From an uncultured Alphaproteobacteria bacterium (lineage in GTDB: Bacteria; Pseudomonadota; Alphaproteobacteria; Rhodobacterales; Rhodobacteraceae), in NCBI GenBank assembly GCA_963836255.1, contig CAWIIL010000003.1, forward strand, positions 9,910 to 73,909: a DNA stretch of 64,000 nucleotides, given 5' to 3'. The first letter of the stretch is position 1. Every line of letters begins with the position of its first letter. A program made the translations under genes and the position numbers. Under the pieces are notes generated by a model that saw nothing but the letters and a program-made list of their open reading frames with translations, did not search any database and had not been told where the DNA came from. Positions 18,803 through 29,151 of the stretch are shown piece by piece.

Positions 18803-19354
18803 ATGGCGTTAGATACGAATTCTGCCAACGACACCTACGGTCGCCTTGTCGAGACGCAACGCTGGTACGTTGTGTATTCCCAGCCGAGGCGCGAGAGTTT
18901 CGCCGCCCAGAACCTCAGCCGGCAGGGTTACGAGAACTATTGCCCGACCTTCGATGGGGTGGTGCGGCACGCGCGGACCGTGCGACGCGTCCGCAGACCG
19001 CTCTTTCCGCGCTACATCTTTGTTGCGCTCGACCTATCGAAGGATCACTGGCGGTCCATCCTTGGAACTTACGGCGTCACGACGATGCTGCTGGACGGCG
19101 ACCGGCCAAGGCAGGCTCCGGCGGGACTGGTCGCACAACTCAAGCGGGCCGAGCTTGCCGGCTCGATCCTCGTCGAACCGGACCGACTCAAGGTCGGTGA
19201 CGACGTGCGATTCCTGACCGGCCCCTTCGCCGAGGTGGTCGGGAGGCTCGTAGGGCTGAGCGATGGCGAGCGGGTTCGGGTTCTGCTCGACGTGATGGGC
19301 GCGGAGCGCGCCATCGACGTCAGTGCGCGCCAACTGGTTCAGGTCAGGCGTTAG
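18803..19354 (+). CDS. NusG/RfaH-family transcription antitermination paralogue
   Basis: NGN-like N-terminus WYVVYSQPRRE...PLFPRYIFV. KOW-like segment VGDDVRFLTGPFAEVVGRL. Confidence 0.7.
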   Translation: MALDTNSANDTYGRLVETQRWYVVYSQPRRESFAAQNLSRQGYENYCPTFDGVVRHARTVRRVRRPLFPRYIFVALDLSKDHWRSILGTYGVTTMLLDGDRPRQAPAGLVAQLKRAELAGSILVEPDRLKVGDDVRFLTGPFAEVVGRLVGLSDGERVRVLLDVMGAERAIDVSARQLVQVRR

Positions 19355-19359
19355 CCTCG

Positions 19360-20856
<1,497 letters not shown>

Positions 20857-20901
20857 CTATTCCACGCCTGCGCCTCGATGGAAAGGGGGCGGCGTCCGGC
20901 C

Positions 20902-21609
20902 TCAGGCCGGGCGGAAGCCGGTGGCCACCAGGAACTTCTCCGAGGAATCCGCCCGGCTCGCGGGAGGCTTGAAGTGGTCGACCCGGGTGAAGCGCCGCTT
21001 CAGGTCGGCGACGAGCGCGGGATCGGCCCCGCCGCCGAGCACCTTGGCCACGAAGACCCCCCCGGGCTCGAGAACCTCCGTGGCCAGCGCCGCGGCCGCT
21101 CCGCAGAGCGCAGCGATGCGCAGGTAATCGGTCCCGCGGTGTCCTGACGCCGCCGGCGCCATGTCCGAGAGGACCACGTCGGCGGGACCCGCAAGGATCT
21201 CCCGAAGGCGATCGTCGGCGCCTTCCTCGAGGAAATCCGCGACATGGAATTCGACGCCCGCGATCGGCTCGACCGTCTGCAAGTCGACGCCGATCACCCG
21301 GCCCCGCGCCGCGCCTGCCCGCCGGCCCGCGGCGTTCACGCGCTGGGCGGCCACCTGGCTCCAGCCCCCGGGCGCGCTTCCGAGGTCAAGCACGCGCAGG
21401 CCGGGGCGCAGGAGCCGGAACCGATCGTCGATCTCGATGAGCTTGAAGGCGGCCCGGCCGCGATAGCCCTCGTTGCGGGCCGCGCGCACGTAGGGATCGT
21501 TGAGTTGCCGATCGAGCCACCGGGTCGAGGACGACCTCCTGCCCTTGGCCGTCTTGACCCGGACGCGCAACTCGCGCGATCCCCGCCCCGAGCCTCCCCT
21601 GGCGGCCAC
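20902..21609 (-). CDS. rlmE: 23S rRNA (uridine-2'-O)-methyltransferase RlmE/FtsJ
   Basis: [17 protein letters not shown] motif [22 protein letters not shown] 21609 lies 2 nt after the ppx stop. The 271-aa track ORF would overlap ppx by about 106 nt. Confidence 0.8.
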   Translation of the reverse strand: MAARGGSGRGSRELRVRVKTAKGRRSSSTRWLDRQLNDPYVRAARNEGYRGRAAFKLIEIDDRFRLLRPGLRVLDLGSAPGGWSQVAAQRVNAAGRRAGAARGRVIGVDLQTVEPIAGVEFHVADFLEEGADDRLREILAGPADVVLSDMAPAASGHRGTDYLRIAALCGAAAALATEVLEPGGVFVAKVLGGGADPALVADLKRRFTRVDHFKPPASRADSSEKFLVATGFRPA

Positions 21610-21611
21610 GA

Positions 21612-22739
21612 TCAGCGCGCGGTCGACGCGGCGAACGCGCCCTTGGCGTTCATCAGCGAAAAGAGGATGCCTTCGCGTAGCCCGCGGTCGGCGACGCGCA
21701 TCGAATCGGTCGGCCATATCCGCAGCAGCGTCTGCAGGATCGCCGCGCCGGACATGATCAGTTCGGAGCGGTCGCGCCCGAGGCAGATGTCATTGCGCCG
21801 GCCGCTCGGACCGAGGCGCAGGAAGCGCGTGATCACGTCGTCGATCGCCTTGGCGCTGAGCCGCATGCCGTCGACCTTCCTGCGATCGTAGCGCTTCAGT
21901 CCCAGGTGCGCAGCACCAACCGTGGTCACGGTGCCCGACGTTCCGATCATCTGGAAGGCGCCGGCCTCCATGAGCGCCGGCGGCTCGCGGTAGGGAAGGA
22001 ATTCCGCGATCCTCTCCTCGAAGAACCACGACATCAGCGCGAACCGCGCCCCGTCGTCGTGGACGTCGGCGTAGAGGTCGTGGAGCGTCGCCACCCCCAG
22101 CGGCACTGAGATGAAATCGACGATGCGCGCGCCGCCGGCCCCGGGCTGGCGCCGGGCGAACGGCAGGTTGGCGATGGCGTTGACGCGCTGGGATGGCTCG
22201 ACATCGTCCAGATCAATCCAGACGAGTTCGGTCGAGCCGCCCCCGATGTCGAAGACAAGGAGCTGGCTGGATTCCGGCGCGACCAGCGGGGCGCAGGAGA
22301 TCACCGCAAGGCGGGCCTCCTCCTCGGGCGAGATGATCTCGAGGTGCAAGCCGGTCTCGCGCTTGACCTGCGCCAGAAAATGGTTGCCGTTGCGTGCGCG
22401 TCGGCACGCCTCGGTGGCGACCAGACGAAAGTTCTCGACGTTGAAGCTGCTGATCCTCTGGGCGCAGATCTCCAGGGCCGAGAGCGTCCGCGAGATCGAA
22501 TTTCGCGAGAGGTGCCCGGTGCGTTCCAGACCTGCTCCAAGACGCACCGACTTAGCGAAAGCGTCGATCACTCGGAAATGCCCGCTCTCGGGCGTCGCAA
22601 TCAGCATCCTGCAGCTGTTCGTGCCCAGATCGAGCGCCGCAAACAGTTCCGGATCAGCCCGCGCAGGCCCGAGCGCGCCCCCAGACGGCGCGAAGTACTC
22701 TCTATTCTGCGCTGACTCGGCTAGGGAGTCATGCGACAT
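21612..22739 (-). CDS. ppx: Ppx/GppA-family exopolyphosphatase
   Basis: ASKHA motifs [12 protein letters not shown] and [12 protein letters not shown] 22739 chosen. Confidence 0.85.
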   Translation of the reverse strand: MSHDSLAESAQNREYFAPSGGALGPARADPELFAALDLGTNSCRMLIATPESGHFRVIDAFAKSVRLGAGLERTGHLSRNSISRTLSALEICAQRISSFNVENFRLVATEACRRARNGNHFLAQVKRETGLHLEIISPEEEARLAVISCAPLVAPESSQLLVFDIGGGSTELVWIDLDDVEPSQRVNAIANLPFARRQPGAGGARIVDFISVPLGVATLHDLYADVHDDGARFALMSWFFEERIAEFLPYREPPALMEAGAFQMIGTSGTVTTVGAAHLGLKRYDRRKVDGMRLSAKAIDDVITRFLRLGPSGRRNDICLGRDRSELIMSGAAILQTLLRIWPTDSMRVADRGLREGILFSLMNAKGAFAASTAR

Positions 22740-22839
22740 TGCTTTTCGCAGCCAAATCACGAGTTGCGGAGGATACCGCAAGCTTGCGTGAAGGCTACAT
22801 GACGCCGACCGTCAAGGCAAGATTGGCAGCGGGCCTCGC

Positions 22840-23733
22840 TCAGGCTGCGCCGCTCCCGGCCAGGGAGAGCCCGGCATGCGCGTCAAAGCCCAGCGCCTTG
22901 CAGACGTCGTAGGTCAGGTCGGGGTTGTTGAGGGTATAGAAATGCAGGTGCTCCACACCCTCCGAGCGCAGTTCATCGCAGAGATCGCAGGCGATCGCCA
23001 CGGACAGCAGATAGGCGGCCTGATCGTCGTCGGCGCGCCCATAGGCGCTGTGCATCCAGTCGGGCACGCTCGCGCTGCAGCGCCCCGCGAACGAGACCAT
23101 CTTGGTGAAGTTCTCCACCGGAAGGATGCCGGGGATGATCGGCGCGGCGATCCCGGACCGCGCGCATTCGTCGCGGAACCGAAGGAACGTCTCGGCCTCG
23201 AAGAAGAACTGGGTGATGGCGCTGTCTGCGCCGGCGTCGAGCTTGCGCTTGAGGTTCTCGATGTCGGCCGCGAGGCTGCCGGCTTCGGGGTGTTTCTCAG
23301 GGTAGGCCGCAACCGAGACTCGGAAGTCGCCGGCGGCGCGCAGACCCGCCACCAGATCCGCCGCCCCAGTGAAGCCGTCCGGATGCGCTGTAAACTGGCC
23401 CTCGCCGCGCGGCGGATCACCCCGCAGCGCCACGATGCGACGCACACCCATGCGCCGGTAGGCGCGGGCGACATCGAGCGTATCGTCGCGGCTCGCGCCG
23501 ACACAGGTGAGATGCCCGGCCACGTCGAGGCGGGCACGTTCCAGAATGGTCTGGATGGCGGCGCGGGTCCGGTCCCGCGTCGCGCCACCGGCCCCGTAGG
23601 TGACCGACACGAACTGCGGGCTGAGCGGCGCGAGTCGCTCAACGGACCGCCAGAGCCGCGCGCTGGCCTCAGGAGAATTCGGGGGAAAAAACTCGAAAGA
23701 GAGACCCGCAGGGGTCCCGGAGGTTCTGGTCAT
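22840..23733 (-). CDS. metF: 5,10-methylenetetrahydrofolate reductase
   Basis: LSFEFFPP, VSVTYGAGG, HLTCVG, ITQFFF. ATG 23733, 297 aa. Confidence 0.9.
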   Translation of the reverse strand: MTRTSGTPAGLSFEFFPPNSPEASARLWRSVERLAPLSPQFVSVTYGAGGATRDRTRAAIQTILERARLDVAGHLTCVGASRDDTLDVARAYRRMGVRRIVALRGDPPRGEGQFTAHPDGFTGAADLVAGLRAAGDFRVSVAAYPEKHPEAGSLAADIENLKRKLDAGADSAITQFFFEAETFLRFRDECARSGIAAPIIPGILPVENFTKMVSFAGRCSASVPDWMHSAYGRADDDQAAYLLSVAIACDLCDELRSEGVEHLHFYTLNNPDLTYDVCKALGFDAHAGLSLAGSGAA

Positions 23734-23844
23734 GTGCACCGGTCCATACCGACAATGAATTTTGCACCTGAAACATACCTCTGGCGGCGACCAGAAGCAA
23801 CGACTATGTGCGCCGCTCCGGTCGGAGAGCATGGGAATGTGGAA

Positions 23845-24144
23845 ATGGTTAAGGTGACGGTGGTCTACTGGCGCGACATCCCGGCGCAGGTGATCGTCGG
23901 GGCGGGCCGGGGCGCCAGCAAGATCCAGTTGCCGGAGCGTTTCGAACAGGCCATCGACCGCTGCGCGATGCGGATCGGCGCGCGCAATTCAGACGCCTAT
24001 CTCGCCGAATGGCGCCGCGGCGACCCCTACGATGTCGAAGGCGACGCGGCGGATGTCGCATCCAGCGAAGCCGCCCGCTTCGATAGAGAGTTTAACCCCA
24101 TCGTGTTGCGGGACCTGATCGAAAACGGTGGCTGGTCCAGGTAG
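23845..24144 (+). CDS. small conserved protein (resembles the Pfam 'Virulence factor' domain that accompanies pterin-binding proteins; from memory)
   Basis: MVKVTVVYWRDIPAQVIV... 99 aa. First gene of the plus-strand C1 cluster, divergent from metF. Confidence 0.55.
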   Translation: MVKVTVVYWRDIPAQVIVGAGRGASKIQLPERFEQAIDRCAMRIGARNSDAYLAEWRRGDPYDVEGDAADVASSEAARFDREFNPIVLRDLIENGGWSR

Positions 24145-24152
24145 CGAACCCG

Positions 24153-25100
24153 ATGCGCTGGAGCGACGTCATGGCCAAGATACTCTCGTTTTCCCGCAAG
24201 CCCGCCCAGGCCGAAGTTGTCCCCGATGCCGGCCCGATCGAGGACTTTCTCGAGGGCTTCTCCATTGAGGTGATGCCGCGCACGGCCGAGCGCATCGAGG
24301 ACTTCCGGCTGATCTTGCCGGCCGGGTCTCGGGTCTATGTCGCCCATATCGACGGCACCGACTTCGCCGACATGTTGCGCACCGCTCGCCGTCTGGTCGA
24401 CGAGGGCTTCGCGGTCATGCCGCATTTCCCGGCGCGCAGCATCGCCGACCGGACCGCTCTTGAGCGCATGATCGCGGCCTATGCGGATGTGGGCGTGCGC
24501 CAGGCGCTGGCGCTGGCCGGTGGCGTTACGAGCCCGCGCGGCGCGCTTTACGAATCCATGCAACTGCTCGAGACCGGGCTCTTCGACGACTACGGCTTCA
24601 CGCATGTCCATGTCGCCGGGCACCCGGAGGGCAACCGCGACATCGATCCCGAGGGCGGCGAGCGTGCGGCGATGGCGGCGCTCAAGTGGAAGAGCGACTT
24701 CCAGAGCCGCACTGATGCGCGCATGGCGATAGTGACGCAGTTCGCCTTCGAGACACAGACGATCATCGACTGGGCCGATCGCACCCGCACGGCCGGCGTG
24801 ACCCTGCCGGTGCACATCGGCGTCGCGGGGCCGGCCAAGCTTCACACCATGATCAAGTTCGCCATGGCCTGCGGCGTCGGACCGTCGCTTCGGGTTCTCC
24901 AGCGCCGCGCCGCCGATCTCAGCCGGATGATGACGCCGTTCGAGCCCACCGAGATCCTGGCCGAACTCGCCCGGCACAAGGCCGCGCATCCGGACTTCGC
25001 CGTGGAGCGCGTGCATTTCTTCCCGCTGGGCGGGATCACGGCGACGACCGACTTCGCCGCCGGCTACGCTGCGCGTACGCCGCGGCGGGCGCGCGCCTGA
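24153..25100 (+). CDS. methylenetetrahydrofolate reductase-family protein (second, divergent paralogue)
   Basis: MTHFR-like TIM-barrel sequence (FSIEVMPR, ALAGG, HVAGHPEG, VTQFAFE). Begins 8 nt after the upstream gene. Confidence 0.75.
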   Translation: MRWSDVMAKILSFSRKPAQAEVVPDAGPIEDFLEGFSIEVMPRTAERIEDFRLILPAGSRVYVAHIDGTDFADMLRTARRLVDEGFAVMPHFPARSIADRTALERMIAAYADVGVRQALALAGGVTSPRGALYESMQLLETGLFDDYGFTHVHVAGHPEGNRDIDPEGGERAAMAALKWKSDFQSRTDARMAIVTQFAFETQTIIDWADRTRTAGVTLPVHIGVAGPAKLHTMIKFAMACGVGPSLRVLQRRAADLSRMMTPFEPTEILAELARHKAAHPDFAVERVHFFPLGGITATTDFAAGYAARTPRRARA

Positions 25101-25211
25101 GGCGTCTGTCTCGGGTCGAAGGTTTCGGCTCGGGGCTTGTTATCGGGCCCCGCCGCGCCTATCGCGCCGGGGCCGACGCTGTCATGCCCAGATCCAACAC
25201 CGAGGCCCGCA

Positions 25212-26141
25212 ATGACCCGCACCATCGTCGAATCACGGAGCCGGACCGCCATCATCGGCTTCGATCAGCCATTCTGCGTCATCGGGGAACGGATCAACCC
25301 GACCGGCCGAAAGGTTCTCGCCGCCGAGCTGGAGGCCGGGAACTTCTCGACGGTCGAGAAGGACGCGCTGCAGCAGGTGGCCTGCGGCGCGACGATGCTC
25401 GATGTGAACGCGGGCGTCGTCTACAATTCCAACCCCAACCCGAACGAGACCGAGCCGCCGCTGATGCGCAGGATGATCGAGTTGGTTCAGGGGCTCGTCG
25501 ATGTGCCGCTGTCCATCGATTCGAGCGTTCCAGGCGCGCTAGAGGCCGGGCTTGAGGTCTGCCAGGGGCGGCCGCTGCTCAATTCGGTGACCGGCGAGGA
25601 AGAGCGGCTCGAGCTGGTGCTTCCGCTGGTCAAGAAGTATAATGTTCCCGTTGTGGCGATCTCCAACGACGACACCGGGATCTCGGAGGATCCTGACGTG
25701 CGCTTCGCCGTCGCCAAGAAGATCGTCGAACGCGCGGCGGACTTTGGCGTTCCGGCCCACGACATCGTCGTCGACCCGCTGGTGATGCCGATCGGGGCGA
25801 TGGCGACCGCGGGCCTGCAGGTTTTCGCGCTGGTGCGCCGCCTGCGCGAGGAGCTTGGCGTCAACACCACCTGCGGTGCCTCCAACGTTTCGTTCGGCCT
25901 GCCGAACCGGCATGGCATAAACGCGGCCTTCCTGCCCATGGCGATCGCCTCGGGCATGACAAGCGCGATCATGAACCCGGTCCGGCCGGCGGAGATGGAT
26001 GCGATCCGCGCCGCCAACCTCTTGATGAACAACGACCCCAACGGGGCCGCCTGGATTCGGGCGAACAAGGCGCCGCTCGCCGAGGGCGAGGTCGAGCCCG
26101 GCGCGCGCGGCCGCCGCGAGGGACGCCGCCGCCGCGGGTGA
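25212..26141 (+). CDS. pterin-binding methyltetrahydrofolate:corrinoid methyltransferase domain protein (MetH pterin module / AcsE-like)
   Basis: CVIGERINPTGRK, MLDVNAG, LSIDSS, NSVTGEE, GASNVSFGLPNR. No Hcy-, B12- or AdoMet-binding domains. Confidence 0.85.
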   Translation: MTRTIVESRSRTAIIGFDQPFCVIGERINPTGRKVLAAELEAGNFSTVEKDALQQVACGATMLDVNAGVVYNSNPNPNETEPPLMRRMIELVQGLVDVPLSIDSSVPGALEAGLEVCQGRPLLNSVTGEEERLELVLPLVKKYNVPVVAISNDDTGISEDPDVRFAVAKKIVERAADFGVPAHDIVVDPLVMPIGAMATAGLQVFALVRRLREELGVNTTCGASNVSFGLPNRHGINAAFLPMAIASGMTSAIMNPVRPAEMDAIRAANLLMNNDPNGAAWIRANKAPLAEGEVEPGARGRREGRRRRG

Positions 26142-26290
26142 GGGAGGCCTGCCTTGCCGCGGGGACGCGGGCGAGGTCGAGGCTCGCCATCCGACAAGCA
26201 CCGCGCCGAACGCCCGAGGCCAACGCTTGCGCCTGTGCGGCAAACGACGCTGGTCGGACCCTGAAGCCAGGCCCCGCGAGAGGACAGCCC

Positions 26291-26647
26291 ATGTCGATCC
26301 GTGACGAACTGCAGGACTTCTTCGACGCAATGGCAGCGGCCTATGTCGCCGGCGACTTGGCCGCCTGCGCCGCGATGTTCACCTCCGATGGCGAGCTCCA
26401 CTCGCCCTAAGCGCCCTCCGCGCGCGGCCGCGTCGAGATCGAGGCGCTCCATTGCGACTGGACGCCCGGCGCGACCGCCAAGACCTTCCGCGTCCTAGAC
26501 GCCGGTGGCTGTGGCGATCTCGCCTGGGCGATCGCACGTTACGCCGAGGGCGACGGCGAGGGCTTGTCGCTCGGCGTCTTCGAGCGGTCGGCGGACGGCC
26601 GGTGGCGCATACGCGCCTGCAGTCTAAACGCGGTCGGCGAGCCGTGA
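26291..26647 (+). pseudogene. NTF2/SnoaL-like (DUF4440-like) protein with in-frame TAA at codon 40
   Basis: MSIRDELQDFFDAMAAAYVAGDLAACAAMFTSDGELHSP-TAA(26408-26410)-APSARGRVEIEALHCDW...RWRIRACSLNAVGEP. The same frame continues to TGA 26645-26647. Confidence 0.7.
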
Positions 26648-26834
26648 AAACCCTCCGATTTCATGCTGGTTTGCCCAACCTGGAGAGCGGTCGTCACCGA
26701 ACACGCGCCTAACCAAGTGAATGGCGCGCGGGCACCTGTGCGCCAGAAATACCGCCAAAGGGCGGCTCCTGCCCGGACGCCCCTTCCCTCGACCGCCCAT
26801 CCGGCCTAGGTCCGAGCGAGACCGGAGACGCGCC

Positions 26835-28859
26835 ATGACCGACCCAATCGTGATATTTACCCCCTCGGGCAAGCGCGGGCGCTTCCCGATCGGCACGCCT
26901 GTGCTGACCGCGGCGCGCCAGCTTGGCGTCGATCTCGATTCGGTCTGTGGCGGCCGCGGCATCTGTTCTCGCTGCCAGGTGACTCCGTCGTTCGGGGAGT
27001 TTCCGAAACACGGTGTGACGGTGTCGCCCGCGGCCCTGTCGCCGTGGAACGCGGTCGAGGAGCGCTACAAGAGCAAGCGCGGCCTCGCCGAGGGGCGCAG
27101 GCTGGGCTGCCAGGCCTGCGTCTCGGGTGACATCGTCATCGACGTGCCGCCCGAGAGCCAGGTCCACAAGCAGGTGGTGCGAAAGCGCGCCGAGGCCCGG
27201 CAGATCGTCATGGATCCAGCCACCCGCCTCTACCTTGTCGAGGTGGAGGAGCCGGACATGCACGAGCCGTCGGGCGACCTTGAGCGCCTCGAGCGGGCGC
27301 TGTCCGAACAATGGGGTCTTGCGCATGTCAGAGGCGACCTGCGGACCCTTCAGATGCTCCAGCCGGCGCTCCGCAAGGGCGGCTGGCAGGTCACCTGCGC
27401 CGTCTACCACGGCGAGGGCCTTGGCGAGGCCCGCATCATGCATGTCTGGCCGGGCTTCTACGAGGGCGGCATCTTCGGCGTGGCGATCGATCTGGGCTCC
27501 ACGACCATCGCCGGCCATCTGTGCGATCTGCAGACCGGGCAGGTTCTGGCGTCGTCGGGGCTTATGAACCCCCAGATCCGCTTCGGCGAGGACCTGATGA
27601 GCCGGGTCAGCTACGCGATGATGAACCCCGGCGGCGCGGCGGAGATGACCAAGGCCGTCCGCAGCGCGATGAACACGCTCGTGGGCCAGGTGGCTGCGGA
27701 GGCACGCATCGCGCCGGAACTCATCTTCGAGGCGACGATCGTGGCGAACCCGGTGATGCATCACCTGCTGCTGGGCATCGATCCCGTCGAGCTCGGCCAG
27801 GCCCCCTTCGCGCTCGCCACCGCCTCGGCGCAAACGCTCTGGGCCACCGAGATCGAACTCGCCATGCACCCTGACGCGCGCATCTATGTGTTGCCCTGCA
27901 TCGCCGGCCACGTCGGCGCCGACGCGGCGGCGGTCGCCCTCAGCGAGGCGCCGAACCAGTCCGAGGAGCTAATGCTCGTCGTGGACGTCGGCACCAACGC
28001 CGAGATCCTGCTCGGCAACCGGCAAACCGTGCTCGCCTGTTCCTCGCCGACCGGCCCGGCCTTCGAGGGCGCGCAGATCTCGAGCGGACAGCGGGCGGCA
28101 CCGGGCGCAATCGAGCGGGTCGAAATCGACCCTGTCAGCAAGGAGCCGCGGTTTCGGGTGATTGGCTGCGAGCTCTGGTCCGACCAGCCGGGCTTCGTCG
28201 AGGCGACGGCGGTCACCGGGATCACCGGCGTCTGCGGCTCTGGTATCATTGAGGCGATCGCGGAGATGCGCATCGCGGGCCTCGTCGACGCCAGCGGCCT
28301 GATCGGATCGGCCGCGCAGACGGGCACTTCGCGTTGTATGCCGGACGGACGAACCCACGCCTACCTGCTTCACGACGGAGCGGCGACAGGGGGACCGCGC
28401 ATCCTGGTCACCCAGAGCGACGTGCGTGCGATCCAGCTCGCCAAGTCGGCTCTCTATGCGGGCGCCAGGCTGTTGATGGACAAGCTCGAGGTCGACAGCG
28501 TCGACCGGATAGTGCTGGCCGGCGCATTCGGCGCCCACATCTCGCCCAAGCACGCGATGGTGCTCGGCATGATCCCCGACTGCGACCTCGCCCGGGTCTC
28601 GTCGGCGGGCAATGCGGCCGGGACCGGCGCGCGGATCGCGCTTCTCAATTCGGCGTCCCGACGCGAGGTCGAGACGCTGGTGACGCGCATCCACAAGATC
28701 GAGACCGCGATCGAGCCGAGGTTCCAGGAGCACTTCGTCGCCGCCAACGCGATGCCCCACGCCAGCGATGCGTTCCCGCTGCTGCGGGCGGTGGTGACCC
28801 TGCCGAACCTGTCATTCAACACGGGCGGGGAAGGCGGGCGCCGGCGGCGCCGGGCCTGA
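26835..28859 (+). CDS. 2Fe-2S ferredoxin-ASKHA fusion, corrinoid reductive activase (RACo/RamA-like)
   Basis: N-terminal plant-type ferredoxin CGGRGICSRC...C. ASKHA motifs IDLGSTT, DVGTNAE, GVCGSG. 674 aa from ATG 26835. Confidence 0.85.
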   Translation: MTDPIVIFTPSGKRGRFPIGTPVLTAARQLGVDLDSVCGGRGICSRCQVTPSFGEFPKHGVTVSPAALSPWNAVEERYKSKRGLAEGRRLGCQACVSGDIVIDVPPESQVHKQVVRKRAEARQIVMDPATRLYLVEVEEPDMHEPSGDLERLERALSEQWGLAHVRGDLRTLQMLQPALRKGGWQVTCAVYHGEGLGEARIMHVWPGFYEGGIFGVAIDLGSTTIAGHLCDLQTGQVLASSGLMNPQIRFGEDLMSRVSYAMMNPGGAAEMTKAVRSAMNTLVGQVAAEARIAPELIFEATIVANPVMHHLLLGIDPVELGQAPFALATASAQTLWATEIELAMHPDARIYVLPCIAGHVGADAAAVALSEAPNQSEELMLVVDVGTNAEILLGNRQTVLACSSPTGPAFEGAQISSGQRAAPGAIERVEIDPVSKEPRFRVIGCELWSDQPGFVEATAVTGITGVCGSGIIEAIAEMRIAGLVDASGLIGSAAQTGTSRCMPDGRTHAYLLHDGAATGGPRILVTQSDVRAIQLAKSALYAGARLLMDKLEVDSVDRIVLAGAFGAHISPKHAMVLGMIPDCDLARVSSAGNAAGTGARIALLNSASRREVETLVTRIHKIETAIEPRFQEHFVAANAMPHASDAFPLLRAVVTLPNLSFNTGGEGGRRRRRA

Positions 28860-28862
28860 GGG

Positions 28863-29123
28863 TCAGCGGTTGCGGGTCGCGAGGTAGATGCTGCGCACGC
28901 ATGCCTGTTCGGCGTTGGTGTAGAGCCCGTCGCCGTCCTTGTCGCACTTTCGGATGTGCACATCGCTCATCGACGGATAGCGCGCTCCCATCTGGGCAAG
29001 CGTCGCGGCGGGCTCGGCGGCTTGCGCTGCGAGGCCGAGAGCGACGCAGGCTGCGATGGACAGCGCGGCGAGGGTCGCCGGGGAAGCGGGCGTCGCGCGC
29101 CGCGCGGAAGTTGTCAATCGCAT
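28863..29123 (-). CDS. small secreted protein with one EF-hand-type calcium loop
   Basis: Signal peptide ...AAQA. C-DKDGDGLYTNAE-QAC matches the DxDxDGxxxxxE loop and is bracketed by two Cys. Confidence 0.55.
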   Translation of the reverse strand: MRLTTSARRATPASPATLAALSIAACVALGLAAQAAEPAATLAQMGARYPSMSDVHIRKCDKDGDGLYTNAEQACVRSIYLATRNR

Positions 29124-29151
29124 CGGTTCGTCCTCATCGGGGTCCGGGGCT

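Noticed and set aside
23734-23844. SAM-type riboswitch in the metF leader
   Set aside because: I could not find the conserved AAAGC-containing pseudoknot elements of SAM-II/SAM-V by eye. A covariance-model scan is needed to be sure.
26648-26834. Cobalamin riboswitch upstream of the corrinoid activase gene
   Set aside because: Only a vague GAGACCGG resemblance to the B12 box. The conserved GGGAA...GGTG..AA.CC and GCCACTG elements are absent.
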